From an uncultured Dehalococcoidia bacterium (GTDB lineage Bacteria; Chloroflexota; Dehalococcoidia; Lucifugimonadales; UBA1127): a DNA stretch of 54,845 nucleotides. The notes under the pieces were generated by a model. It ran no database searches. It had not been told where the DNA came from and saw nothing but the letters and a program-made list of their open reading frames with translations. The stretch spans positions 1 to 54,845 of the forward strand of contig CAZCPU010000001.1 of assembly GCA_964499855.1 (NCBI GenBank). Direction: 5' to 3'. Each line of letters opens with the position of its first letter. The first letter of the stretch is position 1. This document shows, in pieces, positions 10,064 through 20,293 of this stretch. The position numbers were made by a program, and so were the translations under genes.

Positions 10064-10864
10064 TTATGGATTGCCCCAGTCACGCCTGAACCGCAGCCGC
10101 AACGTGGCGCGGAAGACCTCGAGCGTGGCCCTGGTCAGGCGCACTTTTGAGCCCTCGGGCACGTGCCGCCAGACCACCGGCGCCTGCGTTACGCGCAGGG
10201 CGAGACGTCGGGCCGCCAGCAAAAGCTCCAGATCCAGGGCCCATCCTGTCTCAGTCAACAGGGGCAGCACCGCGTCGAGAGCCTCGCGCCGCAGGGCCTT
10301 CGCGCCGCACTGCGGGTCGTGGACCCCCAGATTGAGGAGATTCCGCGACCATAACGGCGAGACCCCGCTGACCAACCGTCGCGCCCATGGCCTTGACTGC
10401 GGCTCCAGCGCGAGATCGTGTTTGCGCCAGCCCACCGCGACGTCGTTCTCGTCGAGTGCGACCAGCAGCTTCTTCGCTTCCTCCGGCCCGACCATGTTGT
10501 CGGCGTCGACAAAGGCGACGCGGTCGCCGGTGGCCTGCCGGAGGCCGGCGCGCACAGCCGCGCCCTTGCCGAGCACCGTGTCCTCGACGGTCCAGCGGAC
10601 GGCCGGACACTCCGCCGAGGCTTCGTCCACCACTTGCTGTGTGCCATCGGTGCACCCGTTCAACGCGACAATCAGCTCCCATCGGTCGCCGTAATCGGGA
10701 TGAAAGGCAGCAATGTAGGCGCGGAGCGTAGGGCCGATACGAGCTTCCTCGTTGTGAGCGGGAATGACGATGGAGAGGTCCACGCGGCTGCATTCTCCCA
10801 AATGGAAGGGGTACTCTGGTCCAGCGTGGCTATAATAGGTAGGAATAGTCTCAGAGACAACCAA
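10064..10864 (-). CDS. family 2 glycosyltransferase (dolichyl/polyprenyl-phosphate glycosyltransferase-like)
   Basis: LSIVIPAHNEEARI and VAFVDADN (DxD region) are present. The start called in the ORF track is TTG. Confidence 0.8.
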   Translation of the reverse strand: MVVSETIPTYYSHAGPEYPFHLGECSRVDLSIVIPAHNEEARIGPTLRAYIAAFHPDYGDRWELIVALNGCTDGTQQVVDEASAECPAVRWTVEDTVLGKGAAVRAGLRQATGDRVAFVDADNMVGPEEAKKLLVALDENDVAVGWRKHDLALEPQSRPWARRLVSGVSPLWSRNLLNLGVHDPQCGAKALRREALDAVLPLLTETGWALDLELLLAARRLALRVTQAPVVWRHVPEGSKVRLTRATLEVFRATLRLRFRRDWGNP

Positions 10865-10898
10865 GAACCACTCGCGCAGCGACAGCTAAGGAGGCGAC

Positions 10899-11885
10899 AT
10901 GCCGCAGGTCATGGTGACGGGCGTTGCCGGCTACATCGGCAGCATCGTGGCGCAGGAGCTCAAACTCAGCGGCTACGACGTCCTTGGCATCGACAACCTC
11001 TCGAAGGGACACCGCGCGGCCATTGGCGAGGACATGACCTTCTATCGCGTCAATACCGGCGACTACGACGCCATAGACCGCATCCTGCAGCAATCACCCG
11101 TCGACGCAGTCGTACACCTGGCCGGCTACGCACAGGTCGGAGAGTCGGTGGCCGACCCTGGGCCCTATTACGCCAACAACATCCGCGATGACATAACGCT
11201 GCTGGAGTGCATGCGCCACAACAAGATCTCGAGAGTGGTGTTTTCATCGAGCGCAGCAGTTTACGGGGTCCCGAAGAGCACGCCCATCCGCGAGGACCAC
11301 GCCCTGGGGCCCATCAACCCCTACGGGCAGACCAAGGCGTGGATGGAGTCCGCGCTAGAGTCGTATTCACGGTCACACGGCTTTCAGGCGGTCTCCCTCA
11401 GATACTTCAATGCCGCCGGCGCGGTCGGCCCGCTGGGCGAGGACCACCGGCCCGAGACACACCTCATACCGAACGCCATTCGCGTCGCGCTGGAGGTGGA
11501 CCGCGAGCTGGCAATATTCGGCGACGACTACCCCACGCCTGACGGCACGGCCGTGCGCGACTACGTCCACGTCGCGGACATTGCACGGGCGCACGTCCAA
11601 TGCCTCGAGGCCCTGGGCCAACTGCCGATGCTCGCCTACAACGTCGGCACGAGCAGGGGCTACTCGGTGAAGGAAGTCGTGGACATGGTCGAGCGTGTCT
11701 CGCTGGAGTCGGTGCCCGTGCGCATCGAGGCGCGCCGTCCGGGCGATCCGCCGGAGCTCGTCGCCGACGCATCGGCGCTCCAGAGGGACCTCGGCTGGAA
11801 GCCGGAACTGTCGGCGCTGGACCAGATCGTCAAGGACGCCTTTCGCTGGCACCGCGACCACGAGCGAGGCTACCCCGGTGGATAG
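10899..11885 (+). CDS. galE: UDP-glucose 4-epimerase
   Basis: VTGVAGYIGS (Rossmann fold), the YGQTK catalytic motif and the overall length fit GalE. Confidence 0.9.
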   Translation: MPQVMVTGVAGYIGSIVAQELKLSGYDVLGIDNLSKGHRAAIGEDMTFYRVNTGDYDAIDRILQQSPVDAVVHLAGYAQVGESVADPGPYYANNIRDDITLLECMRHNKISRVVFSSSAAVYGVPKSTPIREDHALGPINPYGQTKAWMESALESYSRSHGFQAVSLRYFNAAGAVGPLGEDHRPETHLIPNAIRVALEVDRELAIFGDDYPTPDGTAVRDYVHVADIARAHVQCLEALGQLPMLAYNVGTSRGYSVKEVVDMVERVSLESVPVRIEARRPGDPPELVADASALQRDLGWKPELSALDQIVKDAFRWHRDHERGYPGG

Positions 11886-12143
11886 CGCGGCCTTGCCCCC
11901 TTGGCGCATGTCTTCTTCCCCCCTCTTGACGGACGGGTGTAAGATTGGAACTCACCCGCACCTTCAATCGTCACATAGTGCATAGGGCTCCGGGCGGAGC
12001 GCCCCGATACTGAGGGCGCGCGCCGCCACCCGGAGTCTCAACAGCAATCCTACACATCGTGTGGCTCTAGCCTCCGGCAAGGGCATTCGGTAGCGATTCC
12101 AGATCAGTGACCGTAGCCGAATATGCCCATTGCGGAGGTCCTG

Positions 12144-12290
12144 ATGCAGTACCTTGAAGTCATCCGGAATACGGACACGTTCGATTTGCAGCGCCGGGAG
12201 ATCATCGAGGACGCCATTCGCCTGGCCGTCATGCTGTACCGGTCGAACAATCTCCCCAAGTGGTTCAAGGCAGCGCAAGACCGCGACTAG
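12144..12290 (+). CDS. small hypothetical protein (48 aa)
   Basis: MQYLEVIRNTDTFDLQRREIIEDAIRLAVMLYRSNNLPKWFKAAQDRD. GGAGG lies 5 nt upstream of the ATG, and a strong terminator follows. The ORF is below the track's length cutoff. Confidence 0.4.
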   Translation: MQYLEVIRNTDTFDLQRREIIEDAIRLAVMLYRSNNLPKWFKAAQDRD

Positions 12291-12307
12291 CGCCCCACGA
12301 TTGCGGC

Positions 12308-12342
12308 ACAGCGCGGCCCAGGCGCCGCGCTGTTTTCTTTTC
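12308..12342 (+). terminator. intrinsic terminator
   Basis: ACAGCGCGG-CCCAGGCG-CCGCGCTGT followed by TTTTCTTTTC. Confidence 0.7.
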
Positions 12343-12432
12343 TCGCGCCGCCTGCCGCCGGGAAAGTCGGGTACCATAGTCCGGTGACCGACGACGGCGG
12401 CCGCAGAGGCGCAAGTCCCTCCGAAGGAGTCC

Positions 12433-14403
12433 ATGACCACACCGCACATCGCGCTCGTCCGCAAGAGCGGGCGCTTCATTCTTGCCCTTGTGCGCGTCGC
12501 AGCCGACAACCGGCTGTGGGCGACCGCCATCGACAACAAGCCCTTCCGTATCAGTCGTCAGCAGGTTGTCTGGGAAACCGGGATCACCGTCGCGGACGAC
12601 GCTCTGCCCGCATGGCTCGCCGAGGCCGAACGCGTCGCTGCCGAAATTGACGCCTCAGAGGCCTGGGACCTCGTCGTCGAGGACGTGCCCGGCCTCTCGC
12701 TGGAGGACCTTGCCGGGCTGGTATGCGAGCCGCCCTTCACCGACGTGCAGCAGGCGGCCGTGCTCCTCGGCCTATTCACGGCCGACGTCCAACGATTCGC
12801 AGCGGAGCCGCCATCGCTGGCGCCCCGGTCACGGGAGGACGTCGAACGGCAGCTGGCGCGGTTGGAGGAGCGCCAACAGTCCGCGGAGGAAGAGGCGCAG
12901 TTCACGGCCTGGCTGGCCGGTGACTCCGCTTCCGAGCCAGCCGGCCGACAGCGGCAGTGGCTCGAGTCGCTAGTTCAGTACGTTGCGGAGGGCGAGAACT
13001 CGACCGCCGCCCGCGCGGCAAAGGGTTGGCTCCGGCCGCTCGCCGCCGGGCCCGACCAACGACAGACCGCCTTCGACCTGCTCGTCGCTCGCGGAGTTCT
13101 GGACGCGGACGAATTCCTGACTCTCCGCCGCCTCAGGCAGCCAACGGCATTCACGACTGAGGAGTTGGCCGCCGCGACCTCGGAGGCCCTCGCGGGAGCG
13201 GACGTCGATGAGGGACGGAGGGACCTGACGCACCTGGATGTCGTCACGATCGACGAGGCGAGCACGGTCGACATTGACGATGGGCTGTCGCTACGCACTA
13301 CCCAGGACGGCTACGAGGTTGGCGTTCACATTGTGGACGCGGCGGCGCTGGTCCCACTCTGGGGAACGCTTGACGACGCCGCACGGGCCCGCATGACGAG
13401 CCTCTATTTGCCCGAGGGCACGCTACACATGTTCCCCCGCGCCCTTGCCGAGGAGCGCGGCAGCCTCTCGGAGGGAAACGAACGCCGGGCCGTGTCGCTG
13501 CTGACGCAGTGGAGCCGCGAACGCCAGTTCATTGGATGGGAACTTTGCCGCTCTATGGTGTGCAGCCGCCACCGGTACACGTACTCCGAAGTCGACGACG
13601 CACTTGCGAATGACACGAGCGAGAAGGGTGACAGGCTGCGAGCATTGCAGGCGATCTCGCACGTGCTGCGGGATGATCGCCTGGGACAGGGCGCCCTGGA
13701 GATGGAGCGACCGGAAGTCAAGGTCTCGGTCGAAGGTGAACGACACATTGAGGTAAGCGTCACGCCCGTGCCAACACCGGCCCGCCGGATGGTGGCGGAG
13801 TTCATGGTGCTCGCCAACAGGCTCATGGGCGAACGGCTCCGCGACTGCGACGTGCCGGCCATTTACCGAACGCAGGAGCCGGTATCGCTGGTGGACGTGC
13901 CAGACACCAGCGTCAATGCCGTGCGGCAGTACCACATCCTGCGGCAGATCCGCCCCGCGCGCCTGACGACCACCCCAGGCCGGCACGCGCTCATCGGCGT
14001 CGAGCCGTATACGCAGGCGACGTCGCCCCTCAGGCGTTACCTCGACCTCGTGGTGCAGCGGCAACTGGTGGCCGCGCTTTCCGGCGGGAAGCCGCCATAC
14101 TCGGCCGACGAGTTGAAGACGTTTATCGGGGAGGCAGACGCCACACTTCGGGACCTCAACCGCGCCGAGGACGAACGCAAGCGCCACTGGATGCACAGGC
14201 ACCTTGAGGGGCGCATCGGCGAGGTCTTTCCCGCCATCGTGCTGGACGTCCGGGAGCGCCAGAGCGTGGTGGAACTCGAGACCTTCCTCATCCGCAGCAA
14301 TGTTTACCTGCCACCTACGACGGTCGCCGGGCAGGCGGCGCAACTGGAGCTTCAGGAGGTGGACGTCTGGCGCGGGCAGGCATGGTGGCGGCACGTGGTG
14401 TAG
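12433..14403 (+). CDS. RNB-domain exoribonuclease (RNase II/R family)
   Basis: The RNB motifs VVTIDEASTVDIDDGLS, IYRTQEP and TSPLRRYLDLVVQRQL are present, and a GAAGGAG SD lies upstream. Confidence 0.85.
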   Translation: MTTPHIALVRKSGRFILALVRVAADNRLWATAIDNKPFRISRQQVVWETGITVADDALPAWLAEAERVAAEIDASEAWDLVVEDVPGLSLEDLAGLVCEPPFTDVQQAAVLLGLFTADVQRFAAEPPSLAPRSREDVERQLARLEERQQSAEEEAQFTAWLAGDSASEPAGRQRQWLESLVQYVAEGENSTAARAAKGWLRPLAAGPDQRQTAFDLLVARGVLDADEFLTLRRLRQPTAFTTEELAAATSEALAGADVDEGRRDLTHLDVVTIDEASTVDIDDGLSLRTTQDGYEVGVHIVDAAALVPLWGTLDDAARARMTSLYLPEGTLHMFPRALAEERGSLSEGNERRAVSLLTQWSRERQFIGWELCRSMVCSRHRYTYSEVDDALANDTSEKGDRLRALQAISHVLRDDRLGQGALEMERPEVKVSVEGERHIEVSVTPVPTPARRMVAEFMVLANRLMGERLRDCDVPAIYRTQEPVSLVDVPDTSVNAVRQYHILRQIRPARLTTTPGRHALIGVEPYTQATSPLRRYLDLVVQRQLVAALSGGKPPYSADELKTFIGEADATLRDLNRAEDERKRHWMHRHLEGRIGEVFPAIVLDVRERQSVVELETFLIRSNVYLPPTTVAGQAAQLELQEVDVWRGQAWWRHVV

Positions 14404-14413
14404 GGCGCAGCGA

Positions 14414-14749
14414 CTAGGTCAGCCGGCCATGCACCGCGAGCCAGATGCACGGCGGCTCGGAGCCCGTCGACGCGACCCGGTGGCGCGTGTGCGCGGGGAT
14501 GAGGACGTGGTCACCCGCGCCCAACGCCAACTCTGAGCCGTCCTCGTAAACAAGGACCGCATTGCCCTGAATGAGCGCCACCCATTCGTCGCGCTCCTGG
14601 TCGTACCACTCACCTTCGGGAGTTGACTGTCCGCCGGACACAATGCGCTCGATCTTCACGCCGGTGTCGGGAATGAGGTCAGCGAACAGCTCATCCGCAG
14701 GCAGAGGGGTCGGCAAGTCATAGAGGTTTGGTGACATAACAACCTCCAC
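14414..14749 (-). CDS. cupin domain protein
   Basis: The small beta-barrel pattern GDHVLIPAHTRHRV is present in a 111 aa protein. Confidence 0.7.
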   Translation of the reverse strand: MEVVMSPNLYDLPTPLPADELFADLIPDTGVKIERIVSGGQSTPEGEWYDQERDEWVALIQGNAVLVYEDGSELALGAGDHVLIPAHTRHRVASTGSEPPCIWLAVHGRLT

Positions 14750-14781
14750 TAGCGCCTGGGTGCCTGCAGGCCAGATGGTAG

Positions 14782-16107
14782 CTACCCGCCATACACAGTC
14801 GTGAACGGCTTGAAGACGGCCCAGGCGAACCAGAAGTGCGTCCCGTGCACCACAGGCTCGAGCTTCTTGCCCGCCAGCGGCCCGTCGACTGCCAAGCCGA
14901 GCAGGGTCCAGCGGCTCCCGGTCTCATTGTCGACGAAGTACTCGTCTACGGCCGAAAAGGTGAGCGGCATGCCGTCGACCTCGGGCCGGTACACGGCAGC
15001 CGCGCCGACGTCCCTTCCGTCGGCGACACTGGAGTCGTCCAGCGCGGAGTTCGCGCCGAACTGGAAGAGCACGACAATTTCCTGCCCACCGACGGTGTAG
15101 TGAACTACCGGTTCGTTTTCCAACTCGGTGAGCGGGAATGCAATGGCGTCTTCGCCCTCTTCCACCACGACGACGCGGTCCAACGGGCGCAGGCGCTTGT
15201 CCGGCTCGCCGAAGAAGAGGAATGGGGTCTGGCGGTCGTAGAGCTCGTACGGGTTGCGGCCGTACTGGCGGCTGTAGCCCGTGTCCCGGGAGAGCACACG
15301 GCCGTCGGGGAACGCCTCCTTGAAGTCCTCCCAAGAGACCAGGAATGACGGCAGGATGGTCAGGCGCTCGCCGAGCAACTCGCCGACAATTGCTTCGCCC
15401 ACGATCTGCTGCCACCACGATTCGGTCTGACGGTCGTACATGATCATATCGCTGTGCCGCAGCACGCCAGACACCCCGAAGTCCAGAGTGCGGTCACCAA
15501 GCCGGCGGTCGAAGGTGATTGCCGAGTTGCACAGCGGGCAGTACGTTACGGCCACCGGAACGCCGCCGATGGTGTCGTTGACGATCTCGTGCCATATCAG
15601 GATTGCAAGCGGGTAGGCGCGCACCTCGCCGCCGATGTCCACAACGTGAACCTGCTCCTGTTCGCCGAGCCATCTGTCGCCGGCGGCAATGTCCTCAAAC
15701 ACCGGGTCATCGATAGCGGGAATGCCGTCCTTGCCGGGGCCCCCTGAGAAGACCTCGCTGAGGGGTATGGACCTCATACTGAAGTCGGTACGCCAACCAA
15801 CGGTGCTGAAGCGGGCGTTCTTAAGCTCCTCATCGCCGCCGAAGTCGGGAGTGGGCGTGACGGTCGGCCACGGGGTCTCGCGGGGGGCGAGGGTCGCCGC
15901 GGGAGCGGTGGCCGCGCCCGATGTGCGCGGTGCCTCGGCCGAGCGGGGTTGCGAGGCTCCCGGGCTGGACTCAGCGCAGGCGGCCCAAGCCAAGACAACA
16001 ACGAATGCCAAGAGAAGCCATCGTACAGGGGAACCCTCACAGCGACGGGAAGTCGGGCTGGCGAGGCGAGACCCAGCGCGGGCGGGAAGCGTCGTCACAT
16101 GCTCCAT
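14782..16107 (-). CDS. DUF3179 domain protein with N-terminal membrane anchor/signal
   Basis: GKDGIPAIDDPVFE, YPLAILIWHEIVND and YCPLCNSA are typical of DUF3179. An N-terminal hydrophobic segment WLLLAFVVVLAWAACA is present. Confidence 0.7.
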   Translation of the reverse strand: MEHVTTLPARAGSRLASPTSRRCEGSPVRWLLLAFVVVLAWAACAESSPGASQPRSAEAPRTSGAATAPAATLAPRETPWPTVTPTPDFGGDEELKNARFSTVGWRTDFSMRSIPLSEVFSGGPGKDGIPAIDDPVFEDIAAGDRWLGEQEQVHVVDIGGEVRAYPLAILIWHEIVNDTIGGVPVAVTYCPLCNSAITFDRRLGDRTLDFGVSGVLRHSDMIMYDRQTESWWQQIVGEAIVGELLGERLTILPSFLVSWEDFKEAFPDGRVLSRDTGYSRQYGRNPYELYDRQTPFLFFGEPDKRLRPLDRVVVVEEGEDAIAFPLTELENEPVVHYTVGGQEIVVLFQFGANSALDDSSVADGRDVGAAAVYRPEVDGMPLTFSAVDEYFVDNETGSRWTLLGLAVDGPLAGKKLEPVVHGTHFWFAWAVFKPFTTVYGG

Positions 16108-16157
16108 TCAGAAGCGGATTGCAGTCAGGACTGTACTTTCAGCATAACCCATGCGAG

Positions 16158-16186
16158 TTGACGATGGCGAACGTATTCGCTACCAT
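16158..16186 (+). promoter_or_regulatory. candidate promoter upstream of the first tRNA
   Basis: TTGACG (16158-16163), a 17 nt spacer, then TACCAT (16181-16186). Confidence 0.45.
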
Positions 16187-16233
16187 CAATGAGGTTGTGC
16201 AGCAGTGCGGGCCCATAGGGAGCCTCTTCCCAT

Positions 16234-16305
16234 GCCCCAGTGGCGCAATGGTAGCGCAGGCGACCTGTAATCGCCAGGTTATCGGTTCGAATCCGGTCTG
16301 GGGCT
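16234..16305 (+). tRNA. tRNA-Thr (anticodon UGU) with an atypical anticodon loop
   Basis: The manual cloverleaf is: acceptor GCCCCAG/CTGGGGC, D arm GCGC-AATGGTA-GCGC, anticodon arm GGCGA-CCTGTAA-TCGCC, and T arm ATCGG-TTCGAAT-CCGGT. G1-C72 and C2-G71 fit Thr identity. Loop position 33 reads C. Confidence 0.7.
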
Positions 16306-16350
16306 GAGCCAATGCCACTCCACGCAAGACGAACTGCGCCTTGCGCAGGC

Positions 16351-16379
16351 TTGGCGATGGATACCTGCGATGCTACACT
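16351..16379 (+). promoter_or_regulatory. candidate promoter upstream of tRNA-Tyr
   Basis: TTGGCG (16351-16356), a 17 nt spacer, then TACACT (16374-16379), about 12 nt before the tRNA. Confidence 0.45.
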
Positions 16380-16390
16380 GATACCCTCTG

Positions 16391-16475
16391 GGAGGGATGG
16401 CGGAGCGGCCAATCGCACCAGACTGTAAATCTGGCGCCCGGAAGGGCTTCGTAGGTTCGAATCCTACTCCCTCCA
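16391..16475 (+). tRNA. tRNA-Tyr (GUA), long variable arm
   Basis: Acceptor GGAGGGA/TCCCTCC, anticodon arm CCAGA-CTGTAAA-TCTGG, a long variable arm and T arm GTAGG-TTCGAAT-CCTAC. Confidence 0.9.
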
Positions 16476-16502
16476 GTCCAAATGCAAGGGAAACAAAGGC
16501 GG

Positions 16503-16577
16503 GCCCACATAGCTCAGAGGCAGAGCACGTTCTTGGTAAGAACGGGGTCGCCGGTTCGATTCCGGCTGTGGGCTCCA
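16503..16577 (+). tRNA. tRNA-Thr (GGU), CCA encoded
   Basis: Acceptor GCCCACA/TGTGGGC, anticodon arm CGTTC-TTGGTAA-GAACG, T arm GCCGG-TTCGATT-CCGGC, then TCCA. Confidence 0.9.
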
Positions 16578-16602
16578 CAAAGCTGAGGAGGAGTTTTTCG
16601 CA

Positions 16603-17793
<1,191 letters not shown>

Positions 17794-17800
17794 GAGAGAC

Positions 17801-17965
17801 ATGGCAAAGAAGGGCGACCGGAACGCCATCACCTTCCAGTGCACGGATTGCCGGGAGCGCAACTACCACAGCCAGAAGAACCGCCGGAATGACCCGCAGC
17901 GGCTGGAGCGCAACAAGTACTGCAGCCGCTGTCGGAGTCATACCCTCCACCGCGAGGTTCGGTAG
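17801..17965 (+). CDS. rpmG: 50S ribosomal protein L33
   Basis: My own translation is [54 protein letters not shown] (54 aa, below the track cutoff). The gene sits between tuf and secE. Confidence 0.9.
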   Translation: MAKKGDRNAITFQCTDCRERNYHSQKNRRNDPQRLERNKYCSRCRSHTLHREVR

Positions 17966-17970
17966 GCGTA

Positions 17971-18216
17971 ATGGCACGTCAAAACGTCCGTAGGCCGTCC
18001 CTGCAGCAGAGCATGAGCTCCGCCGCACAGCGGGGCATGTTCCGCATGGGGTTCTTTGGAGAGGTCTACGCCGAGCTCCGCAAGGCCGAGTGGCCCACTC
18101 GCCAGGAGGCCACTCGGCTCACAGGCGTAGTCATTGCGGTGGCAGGCCTGATTGGCGCAATTCTGGGACTCCTGGACTTCCTCTTCAGCATCCTGGCTCG
18201 GAACACGTTGTCCTAG
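17971..18216 (+). CDS. secE: preprotein translocase subunit SecE
   Basis: FFGEVYAELRKAEWPTRQEATRLTGVVIAVAGLIGAILG matches SecE, with a single C-terminal transmembrane segment. The gene lies upstream of nusG. Confidence 0.9.
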   Translation: MARQNVRRPSLQQSMSSAAQRGMFRMGFFGEVYAELRKAEWPTRQEATRLTGVVIAVAGLIGAILGLLDFLFSILARNTLS

Positions 18217-18240
18217 GGCCTTGGTGGAAGGGAGGACACA

Positions 18241-18840
18241 ATGACTACGCATGAGAACGTAGGCCAGATGGTGGAAGACACGCAGGGCACGCCTGAAGAA
18301 GGGCACTGGTACATTGTCCACTGCTATTCAGGCATGGAGGACCGGGTCAAGAAGAACCTTGAGCAGCGCATCGCCACCATGGACGTGCGGAACAAGATCT
18401 TCGAGGTCATTGTCCCCACGGAAGAGGTGGTGGAGATCAAGGACGGGCGCCGAAGCCCGAAACGGGAGCGGCTGTTCCCGGGCTACGTGCTCGTCCGGCT
18501 GAACATGGATGACCAGAGCTGGTATGTCGTGCGAAACACACCCGGCATCACCGGCTTCATCTCCGCCGACGAGGAGGGCGAGCGAAAGGCGCGCCCCGTT
18601 CCTCTCACGGAGAAAGAGGTCTACAACATCTTCAAGCGGATGGAGGACGCGCAACCGCGCGCCAAGGTCGGGCTCGCCAAGGGACAGAGCGTCAAGGTCG
18701 TCGACGGCCCATTCAGCGAGTTCATAGGAGTTGTCGACGAGGTCATGGCGGACAAGGGCAAGGTGCGGGTGCTGGTGTCCTTCTTCGGGCGCGAGACGCC
18801 GGTGGAGCTCGACTTCCTGCAGGCGGAGCGCATCGGCTAA
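18241..18840 (+). CDS. nusG: transcription termination/antitermination factor NusG
   Basis: WYIVHCYSGMEDRVKKNLEQR (NGN domain) and a C-terminal KOW domain (GQSVKVVDGPFSEFIGVV) are present. Confidence 0.95.
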   Translation: MTTHENVGQMVEDTQGTPEEGHWYIVHCYSGMEDRVKKNLEQRIATMDVRNKIFEVIVPTEEVVEIKDGRRSPKRERLFPGYVLVRLNMDDQSWYVVRNTPGITGFISADEEGERKARPVPLTEKEVYNIFKRMEDAQPRAKVGLAKGQSVKVVDGPFSEFIGVVDEVMADKGKVRVLVSFFGRETPVELDFLQAERIG

Positions 18841-18924
18841 CGAACAAGAGGCACGAACAGCGGGCGCCTGTTCGCCCCGAGAGCATTCAACGGGCGGCTG
18901 GCGCCTCGATTTTGCGAGGACTTC

Positions 18925-19353
18925 ATGGCAAAAAAGGTCAGGGCAATAGTAAAGCTGCAGATCCCGGCAGGTGAGGCGACGCCTGCGCCGCCGGTTGGTC
19001 CCGCGCTTGGCCAGCACGGCGTCAATATCATGGGCTTCGTCAAGGAGTACAACGCCAAGACGGCCAACCAGAAGGGCAACATCGTCCCCGTCGCCATCAC
19101 GGTGTTCGAGGACCGCTCCTTCGCATTCGTCACCAAGACGTCGCCCGCCTCGGACCAGCTGCGGCGCGCTGCCGGCATAGAGAGCGGCAGTTCCGCGCCT
19201 CGCCGCGAGAAAGCCGGCACAGTGACCTTGAGCCAGGTGCGCGACATCGCCCGGAACAAGCTAGAGGACCTCAATTCGCAAGACGTAGAGGCGGCGGTGG
19301 AGATGATCAAGGGCACCGCCCGCAGCATGGGCATTGACGTGGTGGAGGGCTAG
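18925..19353 (+). CDS. rplK: 50S ribosomal protein L11
   Basis: [38 protein letters not shown]. Confidence 0.97.
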   Translation: MAKKVRAIVKLQIPAGEATPAPPVGPALGQHGVNIMGFVKEYNAKTANQKGNIVPVAITVFEDRSFAFVTKTSPASDQLRRAAGIESGSSAPRREKAGTVTLSQVRDIARNKLEDLNSQDVEAAVEMIKGTARSMGIDVVEG

Positions 19354-20088
19354 ATGACGACTCAGGCAAGCACCCGCTCCCGAGGCAAGCGCCACGACGA
19401 TGCCGTCAAGCAGCGCGAGCATCTCCATCCCTACCTGCCGGCGGAGGCCATCAAGATACTAAAGGAGATGGCCCCGGCCAAGTTCGACGAGACGGTGGAG
19501 CTGCACATCAAGACGAACGCGGACCCGCGACACGCCGACCAGCTCATCCGAAGCGTGACGCAGCTACCGTACGGCACGGGCAAGTCCCAGCGCGTCGTCG
19601 CTTTCGTGCAGGGGGAAGCAGAGACAATCGCCCGGGAGGCCGGCGCGGATTTCATTGGCGACGCCGAACTCATCCGGAAGATCGAACAGGAAGGCTGGGT
19701 GGACTTCGAGGTCTCCATCGCCACGCCGGAGATGATGGGACAGATTGGACGGCTCGGCCGGGTCCTCGGCCGCCGTGGCCTCATGCCCAACCCTCGCACC
19801 GGCACGGTCGTCCAGCCGCAGGACATTCCTCGAGCCATACGCGAGGCCAAGGGCGGGCGTGTCGAGTTCCGCATGGACCGATCCGCCAACTTGCACATGC
19901 CCATCGGCAAGCTGAGCTTTGACGATGACGCGCTGCTGCAGAACCTCGCGGCGGCCGTGGTTGCCGTTACGGAGGCCCGTCCGGAGGGGGTCAAGGGCAA
20001 TCTCTACAAGACCATGCACCTGACCTCCACCATGGGCCCGAGCCTCCGGCTAAACGTCCAAGAAGCGCAGGCGCTGAAGGTCGAGTAA
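19354..20088 (+). CDS. rplA: 50S ribosomal protein L1
   Basis: FDETVELHIKTNADPRHADQLIRSVTQLPYGTGK. The gene directly follows rplK. Confidence 0.95.
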   Translation: MTTQASTRSRGKRHDDAVKQREHLHPYLPAEAIKILKEMAPAKFDETVELHIKTNADPRHADQLIRSVTQLPYGTGKSQRVVAFVQGEAETIAREAGADFIGDAELIRKIEQEGWVDFEVSIATPEMMGQIGRLGRVLGRRGLMPNPRTGTVVQPQDIPRAIREAKGGRVEFRMDRSANLHMPIGKLSFDDDALLQNLAAAVVAVTEARPEGVKGNLYKTMHLTSTMGPSLRLNVQEAQALKVE

Positions 20089-20099
20089 CCGCGAGCGCC

Positions 20100-20285
20100 G
20101 CAAGGGGCTGGTAGAGCCCGGGCGGTTCAGTTACAATTGCAGAGTCGCCGAAGACCGTGGGTCGCCGAGAGGCGTAATGGCGCAGCCCCCCGCGCAGGTG
20201 GTGTGGCAAGCGATGGTTGCCGCGAGGCCGAACATCGCGCTTGCGCCCCGGTCTTTGGCCGGGGTTTTATTTTGGGCCATGGGAG
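20100..20285 (+). promoter_or_regulatory. ribosomal protein L10 (rplJ) leader with terminator-like hairpin
   Basis: A ~200 nt structured gap lies between rplA and rplJ. It ends with the hairpin CCCCGG-TCTTTGG-CCGGGG (20246-20264) followed by TTTTATTTT (20265-20273). Confidence 0.5.
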
Positions 20286-20293
20286 TGTGAGCG

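Noticed and set aside
11964-12539. 191 aa minus-strand ORF spanning the galE / RNase II-R intergenic region
   Set aside because: It has no RBS and runs antisense through the small ORF, its terminator and the RNase gene start. The composition looks non-coding.
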